DNA from: Bdellovibrionota bacterium
GTDB taxonomy: Bacteria; Bdellovibrionota_C; UBA2361; CAKMMH01
NCBI GenBank assembly: GCA_050952645.1
Contig: JBMNLI010000012.1
Coordinates: forward strand, 1 to 64,000
Direction: 5' to 3'
DNA: 64,000 nucleotides
The position numbers and the translations under genes are program-made. The notes under the pieces are model-generated. The model did no database searches. It had not been told where the DNA came from and saw only the letters and a list, made by a program, of their open reading frames with translations. The number at the start of each line of letters is the position of its first letter. Position 1 is the first letter of the stretch. Below are positions 22,601 through 32,195 of the stretch, in pieces.

Positions 22601-23302
22601 CGTGATATAATAGGAAGAGGTGCTTTTAAATGTAAAAACACTACTCAAAGTTATTGCGAAATTAACGATACTGATGGCGATGGCGTCCTAGATAATGAAG
22701 ATCTATGCCCTAATTTAGATGATAATGCGACATTTACTTATTATGGGTCAAAGCCAAAGTATTACGGTAAGACTTACAAAAACAGCGATGATATGGACGG
22801 CGATGGAATAATAAACTGCTTAGATGATTGTATAGGAAAGAGTAAAAGAGGATGTGAACGAACGCCAAGGAATTATTGGGGAATCGTTTTAACTCCAACA
22901 CCTACCCCGACCCCTACACCAACGATTACTCCTACACCAGTTATAATAGATGTTGTATATCCACAAAAAAGAATGCCAAGACCGCAAGTAGCAAAAAATA
23001 ATAAAAGAAATACTTTATCAATTAAGCTTCCAAAGGTTATTAAAGCTTCGATAGATAAAAAAAGAAAAACAAATAATGCAAAATATACATACCAGATACA
23101 TATAAGAAAATTAAAAAGAAATGGCGTTAAAGATAGATTTTATAAGTTAGGAAAAAAGGTTTTAACTTACCACGGTAAAATTAAATATAGAAGCAAAAGA
23201 ATGGATAAGGGTATTTACTCTGTTAGATATCGAATCGTAATTACTAGAAATGGCGAAACTAGATATACTAAGTGGAGTAAAAGAAAACTAGTAGAAATTT
23301 AG
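19607..23302 (+). CDS. large secreted RCC1-repeat protein with Cys-rich, DxDxDG and PT-linker regions
   Basis: About 15 LYCWGxN..GQLG repeats; EICDGLDNDCDGEIDE; DTDGDGVLDNEDLCP; (PT)n; basic C-terminal domain. Confidence 0.88.
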   Translation: MNFVNEKYKKREIYYKIILAKLNISKFKKLFLLLIFIFNFFFSIIFYSSTCLAFDPILDSAKSVVSDEYGSNICAISASDELYCWGDNDTNLISPFQVGKIEAPQKIAGLENVSAVSINGAYMCAISNNKLYCWGNNEYGQIGTGDTTQVLTPQMILPEFDISQVAIGDCNTCAITTTGKLYCWGENEYGQVGVNSNEEKILVPTEVLDDVSYIAISTDKVACAIKTSGDLYCWGSNRYGQLGIGDLNIDVAKTPQKILEKIGSINLFSEIKCAIKINGELYCWGRNHNSLLDENGSEQILAPLKILDNVKQVVSYGPYFLGSYICVVTNDNKTYCKGDNSSGQVGIGTNESFVNSFSKVLDDTSYILHKRDLICALTNDENLYCWGSFDFGQTRNDFIDFFTYSKIPLLVSKGVNRFFLGSQYDLFITNKTDKLYSYQRGLYIRNQKNKTKVLEDVKEIYPIATSPCASKLDGTVYCWGDNSSEQLGRSGDFSNISSSVPILVDIYSDKGGIRNIKSFSRNESTNCAVREDGNLFCWGQDNLGTSGDEIQPVMSGVTNVKKSSIHNCALKSDLLYCWGHNAQGQLGIGNNDISRTPQLVSTLGEVADYALSSYTTCAIKKLDKTLWCWGANWGGQLGIGNTYSQNLPKQVEGLSNVKKVFVGESSYTCAITQDDKLYCWGYNYDGQLGIGDTQKKLVPTLVANNIKSVSLANSHTCAIDLDNKLYCWGDNSFGQLGIGDTPNSLVPALVANNIKSVEVYPCYNGWIAKYTCAINLDDNLYCWGDNGHYQLGLGDSTNRYTPQLVLSNVKDVRVGLETVCAIDKDNDLFCWGDDTYGQVGDGPDEPKVYFTGGETPLSFCSDCCNHWNYANLGQTCNNGLANTCYYEGTLNCYNGTLDNPAIICSAITPKCCEDALYSSIGLNCSDGIGVCKGNGLYVCTGDTPSSTVSCPAKANTDAKTKEICDGLDNDCDGEIDEDFFIGQECTQKTSEIIVDGIVRDIIGRGAFKCKNTTQSYCEINDTDGDGVLDNEDLCPNLDDNATFTYYGSKPKYYGKTYKNSDDMDGDGIINCLDDCIGKSKRGCERTPRNYWGIVLTPTPTPTPTPTITPTPVIIDVVYPQKRMPRPQVAKNNKRNTLSIKLPKVIKASIDKKRKTNNAKYTYQIHIRKLKRNGVKDRFYKLGKKVLTYHGKIKYRSKRMDKGIYSVRYRIVITRNGETRYTKWSKRKLVEI

Positions 23303-23304
23303 AT

Positions 23305-23435
23305 CCCAAACTTTTCCTTGTTTTACGTATGCTATTTTTGATAATTTATGTAAGCGCTTCTTAATTTTTTAATTGTTTTGAATAGGTTATAAAGTTAAAA
23401 TTAAATTTTATACGTAAAACAAGGGAAAGTTTAAG
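23305..23435. mobile_element. MITE family B (131 bp) with 6-bp TSD TTAGAT
   Basis: AAACTTTTCCTTGTTTTACGTAT (23308-23330) is inverted at 23410-23432 with 1 mismatch; TTAGAT at 23299-23304 and 23436-23441. Confidence 0.8.
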
Positions 23436-23544
23436 TTAGATAAGTAGCTTACAAGAAATAAAATAAAAATTTACTGAAATAAAAACTTGCTAAAAGAAAA
23501 ACTTGCATAGAAAGATTTACATAGAAAAGTTTACAAAGAAAAGT

Positions 23545-24270
23545 TTACAAAGAAAAATTATCGCCTAGGTAATATCTTTGTGCTTTTTTACTAGTCGCTA
23601 TTTCTTTAGGTGTTCCTTCTTCTAAGATTTGTCCATCTACTAGGATATAGGCTCTATCACAAATGCCTAAAGTTTCCCTAACATTATGATCTGTAATTAA
23701 AACTCCTATACCTTTATGACAAAGTGCTTTTATAATTTCTTGAATATCTGCGATAGCTAGAGGGTCGATACCAGCAAACGGTTCGTCTAATAAAATAAAG
23801 TGTGGCGATTTAGTAAGAGTTCTAGCGATTTCTACACGTCTTCTCTCCCCACCCGAGAGAGAAGAAGCTAAATTATTTTCTAGCGCACTTACTCCAAACT
23901 CTTCTAAAAGTTCCTGCATTCTGTCTTTTCTAGCTTTTTGAGATGGAAAAGGGATAGTTTCTAAAATTGCCATCAAATTTTCTCCAACGGTTAGCTTTCT
24001 AAAAATTGAAGCTTCTTGTGGTAAATATCCTATGCCCTTATGAGCTCTTAAATACATCGGGTCTTTAGTAATATCCTCATTGTCTAAAAAAACTCTTCCT
24101 ACATCTGGCCCGATAAGCCCGACACACATATAAAAACTAGTAGTTTTTCCAGCCCCATTTGGACCTAAGAGCCCGACTACCTCTCCGCCATTAATGTTTA
24201 TCGAAACATCGTTAACTACTTTTCTGTTATTATAAATTTTTACTAAATTTTCTGCTGATAGTTTATGCAT
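23545..24270 (-). CDS. lptB: LPS export ABC transporter ATP-binding protein
   Basis: [51 protein letters not shown]. Confidence 0.95.
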   Translation of the reverse strand: MHKLSAENLVKIYNNRKVVNDVSININGGEVVGLLGPNGAGKTTSFYMCVGLIGPDVGRVFLDNEDITKDPMYLRAHKGIGYLPQEASIFRKLTVGENLMAILETIPFPSQKARKDRMQELLEEFGVSALENNLASSLSGGERRRVEIARTLTKSPHFILLDEPFAGIDPLAIADIQEIIKALCHKGIGVLITDHNVRETLGICDRAYILVDGQILEEGTPKEIATSKKAQRYYLGDNFSL

Positions 24271-24448
24271 AAGCTAAATCCTATAAGAATTTAAAAAAAA
24301 TAACAAGATAAATAAGAAGATATTGATAGAAAGAAGTGTTATTTAAAAAGTATGAGAATTAAGCAAGTTAGCTAGAAAAACCTTGCTAAATGAAAATATT
24401 TAGAAGCAATCTAGCCATTAAATAAGATTAAATAAATATGGTATAACA

Positions 24449-24477
24449 GAAACTTATTTTGATTTTTAGCATCGAAA
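24449..24477 (+). promoter_or_regulatory. putative ECF-sigma promoter GAAAC-N16-CATC
   Basis: Near-identical 29-bp motif also at 25841-25869. Confidence 0.5.
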
Positions 24478-24556
24478 AGTTATAATTAAAGTTTAAAAGT
24501 ATTTAACTAGAAATAATAAATTTTATAATTTTTTTAAATTCTTTAAGGAGAAAAAA

Positions 24557-25519
24557 ATGAGTAGAAATGCAGGACTAGGCGCAGCAGATAGAGGTGGAAA
24601 TGCAGGCCCTTCAGCAGGTAGAGGTGGACAAGTTAGAAAAGGGGATAAAAAAGCACAAGCTACTAGTCCTTTTGAAGAAGCAAAAATAAGTGCTGGCGAA
24701 GGTTTATTAAGAGAAATGTTAGAAGAAAAGAGATTCGATACTAATGGAGTTGTCGCAATGCTTAATAGGGATGAAAATATTGATGAAAATATTAAGGAAG
24801 CTGCAAAAATTTTATCTGATCATACTTCATACCTAGCTAAAGCAAATGAACAAGGAAGTCCTAAAGAGCCAGTTGCAATTAGACTTCTTAATTGTATGTC
24901 TCGTGAGAATTTTCAAGAAATTCAGAAAATAGATCCTAAAATTACAGAAGTTATAAAAAATGCTTTTAGTAATAGTATCAAAAATAAAGAATTTCAAGAA
25001 GCAACAACTATTTATGAATTAATGAAAGATTTTGCCCCTAACGAAAGCATGGTTTCTAAGGAAATAGAATCTTTAATGCAAAAAGTAAAAGATACAGTGG
25101 ATATGGTAGTAAAGGTGAATAAAAATATGCAAATATATCTTGCACATGAGTCATATAGAAAAAGACAGGCTAATTTAGATGAACGACGTCATGATTTTGA
25201 ACGTGAAAGAGAACAGCGTGATTTAGATGAACAACGTCATGATTCTACACTTGCACAAGAGAATGCTGTTGTAGTTGGAGATGTAGTTCGTGATTGTAAA
25301 ACTTTTAATTTAATGAAAGATGCTTTATATTGTGCGAAAAATTTAGGATTAGGAAAAGGGCTTAAAAATATGCTCGAGGCAGAAGATGGAAAAATGTTAA
25401 AAGATATAATTAGTGTAATGAAAAGAAATGTTTATACGGCAAATGGAGATGTTATAGCTTTACTTGAAGATTTAGGATTTCCTAAAGAATTATTTGAAGG
25501 TATAAAAACTGCTGATTGA
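24557..25519 (+). CDS. hypothetical helical protein
   Basis: AAGGAG RBS; G/A/R-rich N-terminus; internal LDE(R/Q)RHD duplication. Confidence 0.8.
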   Translation: MSRNAGLGAADRGGNAGPSAGRGGQVRKGDKKAQATSPFEEAKISAGEGLLREMLEEKRFDTNGVVAMLNRDENIDENIKEAAKILSDHTSYLAKANEQGSPKEPVAIRLLNCMSRENFQEIQKIDPKITEVIKNAFSNSIKNKEFQEATTIYELMKDFAPNESMVSKEIESLMQKVKDTVDMVVKVNKNMQIYLAHESYRKRQANLDERRHDFEREREQRDLDEQRHDSTLAQENAVVVGDVVRDCKTFNLMKDALYCAKNLGLGKGLKNMLEAEDGKMLKDIISVMKRNVYTANGDVIALLEDLGFPKELFEGIKTAD

Positions 25520-25563
25520 GGCTCTATAAAAAGCCCTTTTTAGAATTATATATTTTAAAGTTT

Positions 25564-25667
25564 GGTTCTTCACGTTTTAAGTGGGTTAGAAAAATTGTTT
25601 TTTAGGCTTCGTGGGGTGAGTGATACTAATTTTAAGGTCTAAACCCCACCTTTAAAAGTGAAGAGCT
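25564..25667. mobile_element. MITE family A copy (104 bp)
   Basis: GGTTCTTCACGTTTTAAGTGGG...CCCACCTTTAAAAGTGAAGAGCT; flanks TAAAGTTT / AAAAGTTT. Confidence 0.88.
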
Positions 25668-25840
25668 AAAAGTTTTATATAGTGCTATTTAAAAGTTTCT
25701 AGTTTTTTTATTTAATAAATAACTATTTAATCTAATCCTCTCTTTATCTTTATCTTTATCTTTATCTTTATTTTTATTTTTTCTTAAAATAATTTTTTCT
25801 AAATTTTCCTTAATTTTCTTAACTTTCCCTCCATTATAAA

Positions 25841-25869
25841 GAAACTATTTTCTATTTTTAGCATCGAAA
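25841..25869 (+). promoter_or_regulatory. putative ECF-sigma promoter GAAAC-N16-CATC
   Basis: Matches 24449-24477; 45 bp upstream of the glycosylation operon. Confidence 0.5.
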
Positions 25870-25914
25870 TTTATGTAAAAAGTTTTAACTCATTATTATA
25901 AGGAAAAAACTCTT

Positions 25915-27737
25915 ATGATAAATTTCTATGAAAAAAATTATAAAATTCTTTATAGCAAATTCCCAAATATAGCAAAAAGTTTAGATAAAATAGATGATTT
26001 TAATGATATAGAAGTTAAAGAAACTAATGAGGGAAGAGTTATATTCTATAAAAACCAGTGTCTAGATAACGCATATAAGCCTATAACCGCTAGCAAAAAA
26101 TGGTTAGAAATGCAAACTATCGAGGGAAAAAATATTTTTATCTTCGGTTTCGGTTCAGGATACCACGTAAGAGAATGTATAGAGAAAAATAAAGAAAGCT
26201 CTGTAAGTGTTATTATACCTAGCGCTACGTTGTTTAAAAAAGCACTCGAAATAAACGATGTATCTGACACGCTAGAAAATATTTCAAATATAATTTTTGT
26301 AGATGATAATAATTTAGAAATTACTTTTGATAATGATAGCGAGCTTTTAATCCGCCCTCAAGAACAAGTGTTTTTTAGCGAAGTATTGAGTAAAATAAAA
26401 ACTAGATTCTTTTCTAAAAAAGGCTTCTCAGCTTTAAATCCAAAGATTGGTGTCCTAGGTGCAATGTCTGGAGGCACACTGCCAATGCTCGCTTATCTCG
26501 GAAACGCTTTAACTAACCTTAATCAAAAATTTAGACTATTAGATACTGCGCCTTTAATAAAGGTTATAATTATATGTCGAGCTTGATAAGAGATGATTAC
26601 GCTAAAAGTTTGGCAAACGGAAATTATATAGATATGATTTCAAATATAGTAGTAGAGTCTATAAAAGAAAAACCTGTAGATATTTTAATATGCTTAGCTC
26701 AAGCTCCAATTACTCCTAAAGCCTTAACTAGCTTGCGTCAAATGGGAATTATAACGGTTCTCTGGTTTGTGGAAGATTACTTAAGGTTTACTTACTGGGA
26801 GCAAATGGCGCCTTTTTATGATTATATTTTCACTATTCAAAAAGATGAATGTATACGAGCTATAAAAAAAGCTGGTTGCCCTAGCGTGTTTTATCTTCCT
26901 GTAGCTTGCGATGAAACTGTGCATAAGGAACAAATCTTAAGCAAAGAAGATATAGAAAGATGGGGTTCTCCAATCTCATTTTTTGGCGCAGGCTACCATA
27001 ATAGACAGCAGTTTTTTGCTACAATGTGCGAGCTGCCATTTAAAATTTGGGGAACCGAGTGGCCTAAGTGCAAACCATTCGATAGAATGGTTCAAGAGGG
27101 AGGACGTCGCTTAACGCCCGAAGAATATACGAAAGTTTTTAACGCTACAACGATAAATATAAATCTTCACTCTTCTACCGAATGTGATGGCGTTGAACCA
27201 GATGGAGATTTCGTAAATCCTAGAACTATCGAGCTTGCTAGCTCGAAAGCTTTCCAATTAGTCGATAGAAGAACGCTCTTAGGTGAAATGTTTAAAGAGG
27301 GAGAAGAGATAATTACTTACTCTTCTAGAGATGAGTTATTAGAAAAAATAGATTATTACCTAAATAACGAAGACGCTAGAAAAGAGGTTATAGAGAAATC
27401 TTACGCTCGTGCGATGAAAGACCATACTTACACATCACGCATAAGAGAAATGCTTTCAATTATTTATAGCGAAAAGTTTGAGTACTTAAGAGAACGCCAT
27501 GAAAACAGTGCTTGGCAAAGAATGCTACGTCGAGCAAAACCTCATAAAGAATTGTATCAAAGAGTGCTAGTAGCTTATGAGCGTGGAGATGAGGCGACGC
27601 TCGATGCTCTAGTTTCAGATATAGTAACGGGACAAGGAAAGCTTACGGATACGGAGCAAAAACTATTATTTTTACATCATATAAAATCACAAATTATTAA
27701 ATTATCTGGTGATGATAGCAGAAAAAGGAGTGCATAA
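25915..27737 (+). CDS. Maf-like N-terminal domain plus CgeB-family glycosyltransferase (one gene, apparent frameshift ~26553)
   Basis: IFGFGSGYHV (Maf-like); WFVEDY, GAGYHNR, ININLHSS, VNPRTIE, DHTY (CgeB-like); the two ORFs overlap at a T-run. Confidence 0.75.
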
Positions 27738-27740
27738 CGT

Positions 27741-29499
27741 ATGAAAAGAAAATATAAAGAAAAAATCTAATATCTTGCTTGTAAATATTACTCGCCTTGG
27801 AGATATGATCCAATCGACACCTACAATCATCGGGTTAAAACAGGAAAATCCAAATGCTAAAATTACAGTGCTAGTAGAAAAACAGTTTGAGGCTATATGC
27901 CATTCTATCCCAGAAATAGATGAGGTAGTGCCAGTAGATTTAGGAATGACTGTTCGTGCGATTACTCGTGAGGGGGATGGAATAATAGATGCTTATGAGT
28001 ATGTAGATGAACTAGTAAGCTCGCTAAGAGCTAAAAATTTTGATTACTGTTTGAATATGTCATCTTCCGCATACACCGCATTGCTACTAAGTTTGCTAGA
28101 TATAAAAAGACGTGGTGGTTGGACGGCAGACGAGGAGGGCTTTAGAGTTATTGAATCTGAATGGGCAAGACTTTTTGCAACATCGGTGTTTCACCAAAAT
28201 AGAAAATATAGTCCGTTTAATTTAGTCGATGTTTTTAGATGCGCAGGAGATGTTGAAAAACATCCTAATACTTTAAAAATTGCCGTTAAAGATGAGGCTA
28301 GAGAGTATTGTAGAAAATTTATAGAAGACGCAAAGTTTACGAATACGGGGCCTCTTCTAATAGTGCAAGCTGGAGCTAGCCAATCTAAAAGACAATGGGC
28401 ACCTAGCAACTTTATTAAGTGTATAAGTATTTTAGTAAAAGAACATAATGTTCGAGTGGTGCTTAGCGGTTCTAAAAAAGAGCTTTCTATTATTAATCCT
28501 ATTAAAGAGGGATGTAATAGCGAGAACGTAGCCGTAGCAGCTGGAAAGACTAACATTCCGCAATTAGCAGCGCTATTAGAAATGGCAGATTTATTACTAA
28601 CTGGAGATACAGGGCCTATGCATATGAGCATCGCCGTTGGAACTCCCGTAGTGGCAATGTTCTTAGCGTCTGCATTTGGCTTTGAAACGGGGCCTTATAG
28701 AGAGGGAAATTTAGTGCTACAACCAAAGATTGGCTGTTATCCTTGTAATCCAAATAAGGCATGCTCAAAACCGATATGCCACTTTGCTATAGACCCTGAG
28801 GATTTAGCAAGGCTAGTTATAGAAAGATTAAAAAGCGATTTTTTGGTGCTTCCTAAAGGGATTATCAAAAAAAGTAATATGACCGTTTTTAGAACTTATT
28901 TTGATGAGTTTGGCTTTTATGATTTAGAGGCTTTAAATTCCGAAGATGAGGATGTTTCTAAAATGCGTAAGTCTTATAGAAAGCTTTGGCTCGATGATAT
29001 AGGAGGCTTTCTAGTTGATGATAGTAATAGCAGTAAAGATAAAAATAATGATAATAATCAAAATAATAATCAAAATAACAACAATGATAACAATAATGAT
29101 AACAATAATGATAGCAATGACGATAAGAAGCCTACATGTATTATATACGATGCTGAACTTCCAGATAGTTTGCCTTGGAAACAAAATTTAAATGAGTTAA
29201 AAAAATGCGCAAAAGAGGGAAAGACGCTTATTGCTAAATTAGAAAGGCTAGTAAAAGACACAAACTCGCCTGCAAAAGAATTAGGGGTAGTAAATAGAGA
29301 AATTTCAGAGTTAGACCGAAGAATCGAGCAGTTAGGATACGACAGTCCCGAACTTGCCCCTCTTAGTCGTCTATTTGTTTTCTCAAAAGAAAATATTTTT
29401 GGAACCGAAGTGTTAGATTTAGCATCTCAAACTAGAGAAATATATGACGACTTAGAGAGACGCTCTAATAAGCTTGAAGAGTATTTTTTAAAACTTTAA
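27741..29499 (+). CDS. GT9 (heptosyltransferase-like) glycosyltransferase with C-terminal extension; apparent frameshift near the start
   Basis: TRLGDMIQSTP, QAGASQSKRQW, TGDTGPMH, CYPC...C. Confidence 0.85.
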
Positions 29500-29577
29500 T
29501 TTTAACTTTGGTTTTTTTAACTTTGGTTTTAAATTTTTAATTTTTATTTTGAATTATAATTTAAGGAAATAATATAT

Positions 29578-30168
29578 ATGGAATCTATACTAATAAACGG
29601 ACAAGCGTGGGAAGCACCTGTGCAAAATTCATTAAAGATGACTGAGCTAGTAGAGCTTGTAAAATCCTCTATCGACCCGTCGCAAATTATTACTGGTATT
29701 TTACTAAATGGAAAAGATTTAGAAGATTCCGATTGGAATGGCTATGTATCGATGGAAAGCACCGATATTCTAGAGATAGAAACTGATACTGTGGAAAATT
29801 ATATTGAAGATAGGATTAGCGTTTGCCCAAATATTATAACTCAATGTTATTTGCAATTTAGACGAGCAAGAAAGCTTTTTCAAAATGGAGAAAGTTTCGA
29901 TGCTAATAACAAGTTAGTAGAAGCGGTGCAAGCATTAAAGTCTTTTTTCGACTGGTATTCAACGTTGCTCGCTCTTATGACTGAGGCTCAAAAAGAAAAA
30001 TACGATATAGAAGAGTATGCAAATAGAATTTATGAAACTTGCAAGAAAATTTGTCAGCAGCAATTATACCAATCTTGGTGGGAGTTAGGAGAGCTTTTAG
30101 AAAAAGAGCTAGAGCCTACGTTAGACGAACTCGAAGACGTGCTAATAAATAACGCTAAGGGAAATTAA
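29578..30168 (+). CDS. hypothetical protein, likely flagellar/glycosylation-associated
   Basis: Good RBS; co-oriented with the GT genes. Confidence 0.7.
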   Translation: MESILINGQAWEAPVQNSLKMTELVELVKSSIDPSQIITGILLNGKDLEDSDWNGYVSMESTDILEIETDTVENYIEDRISVCPNIITQCYLQFRRARKLFQNGESFDANNKLVEAVQALKSFFDWYSTLLALMTEAQKEKYDIEEYANRIYETCKKICQQQLYQSWWELGELLEKELEPTLDELEDVLINNAKGN

Positions 30169-30355
30169 GTTCTTTAGCTTTTTTAGTTTTAAAAAAAACG
30201 CACAAGAACTATCGTTTTTTCATTAAATATCTTTTCGTTCTCTACCGATATATCTATTACGAGTATAAATACGCGAAAGAATATACGAAATATATTTTTA
30301 AAATAATCATATTTTAATAATTTTAATAATTTTAAATTTATAAAAGTGATAATTT

Positions 30356-30772
30356 ATGGATGAGCTATTTGTAGATGAATGTATAAGTATAATCGTAATT
30401 GATAACCAAGAAAACTATGCTAACGCTTTAAATGATTATATCGATATATGTAATTATATAGGAAAATTTCAAGTAAAATTAGAGAGTAATATAAAGGAAG
30501 CGATAAAGGAAATATCGAAAAAACCAAATTGTATAGTAGTTTTAGATGCTTATGTTGGAAAGGAAAAAAGTATAAAATTTTTAAAGAGCGTTTTAAATAA
30601 AGATGTTAAAACGGTTCTAGTAAGTGATAATTCGTCAGACGATATAAAGAAGATGGCAAAAAAATATGGCGCAATAGGCTTTTTAAAGAAAAAATATGAG
30701 CCTGAGGATTTAGATTCACTCTTTGAGATGATTTTTAAGAATTCTCTAAGTAGAGAGATAATAATAAATTAA
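30356..30772 (+). CDS. single-domain response regulator
   Basis: IVIDN, VVLDAY, VSD, GAIGFLKK. Confidence 0.75.
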   Translation: MDELFVDECISIIVIDNQENYANALNDYIDICNYIGKFQVKLESNIKEAIKEISKKPNCIVVLDAYVGKEKSIKFLKSVLNKDVKTVLVSDNSSDDIKKMAKKYGAIGFLKKKYEPEDLDSLFEMIFKNSLSREIIIN

Positions 30773-30861
30773 TTTTTAGCAACTAATTGCTATGTTTTAT
30801 CATCAAATATTTAAAGTGAGTGTTTTAAAAGAAAAGTTTTTTTAAAAAATAGTTTTTATAT

Positions 30862-31866
30862 ATGGCACCAAGAGAATTATTAAATACAGAAAAAGCTGCA
30901 GTATGTCTTTTAAGTTTAGGAAAGGAAATTGCGTCTCAAGTTTTGCAACATTTAACTGAGCAAGAAGTAAAAAGAATAAGCCGTGCATTTATGGCAGTTT
31001 CAGAGCTTGATAGAGAAACTCAATTCGAGGTTACTAATCAATTTAGAAAGATGCTTAACGCTGGTGAAAAAGTTCTCGTAGATGGTAGAGAATTTGCAAA
31101 AGAGATTATCTCTGAAGCTTTCGGAACGCAAGAGGCTGGGGAAAATTTGCTAGACTATATTACCGGTGTAAGAAAGGAAGATATTAGTTCCATTTTTGAA
31201 GAAGTGCCAGATAAGATTTTAAATCCGTTTATCGCAGCAGAACATCCGCAAACCGTCGCATTTTTAATGACTAAAATGAATCCTGAACAAGCTGGAAATG
31301 TTTTGCAATCGATGAGCGAAGAGATGCAGACGGATATTTTAGTAAGAATATCAAACTTAAATAATGTAAAAGGCGATGTGGTAGATGAGGTGCGTGAGGT
31401 TCTAAGAACGCAACTTATTAGCGGTCTTGAGCATGAAGAGGAGGTCGGAGGGCCTAAGTCTGCCGCTGATATTCTTAACTTTGTTGATAGGAATAATGAA
31501 GAGAGAATTCTCGTTGAAATTGAGGAAATATATCCAGAGCTAGCTGAAAATATAAGAAATTTAATGTTTACATTTGAAGATTGCAAAACGATTGATGATA
31601 GGGGTATCCAAACTATACTTAAGGAAGTTCCTCGTGATCAATTAGTGATAGCTTTAAAAATTACTAGTCCAGAGTTAAAAGATCTTATATTAAGAAATAT
31701 GTCTAAGCGTGGTGCTGAGATGATAGTCGAAGATTTAGAGTCTTTAGGTCCTATTAAATTAAAAGATGTTGAAAAAGCGCAACAAGGGATAGTAGATATC
31801 GTTAGAAGATTAGAGGCTGAAGGAAAGATCGCTTTAGGTGGTGGTGCTGAAGAACAATACGTCTAG
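30862..31866 (+). CDS. fliG: flagellar motor switch protein FliG
   Basis: EKAAVCLLSLG, EHPQTVA, GGPK, MFTFED, NMSKRGA. Confidence 0.95.
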   Translation: MAPRELLNTEKAAVCLLSLGKEIASQVLQHLTEQEVKRISRAFMAVSELDRETQFEVTNQFRKMLNAGEKVLVDGREFAKEIISEAFGTQEAGENLLDYITGVRKEDISSIFEEVPDKILNPFIAAEHPQTVAFLMTKMNPEQAGNVLQSMSEEMQTDILVRISNLNNVKGDVVDEVREVLRTQLISGLEHEEEVGGPKSAADILNFVDRNNEERILVEIEEIYPELAENIRNLMFTFEDCKTIDDRGIQTILKEVPRDQLVIALKITSPELKDLILRNMSKRGAEMIVEDLESLGPIKLKDVEKAQQGIVDIVRRLEAEGKIALGGGAEEQYV

Positions 31867-32195
31867 TTTGTAAGTAAAATAATCTAAATTAAATTTTCAA
31901 ATACAAAAAAAAAGATTCTATAAAATTCTTTTTTTTTTATCGGGCAAACGGTAGTATCAAAAATAATTCTAAAAATAATTCTAAAAATAAAGAAATAATA
32001 TTATATATTTACACTAATATTTAATTGATATAAAATCAAAATCAAGTTTTTCATAAGCTTTTTGTAAGCTTTAGCCTATGGATTATTTCAAAAGTTTTAT
32101 CTTAATAACGGGTGATTTTGTTTAATATGCATTTCTTAAAAATTTTAAAATCTAATAATAAATCTAATAGCAAATTTAATAATAAAGCTTTAAAG

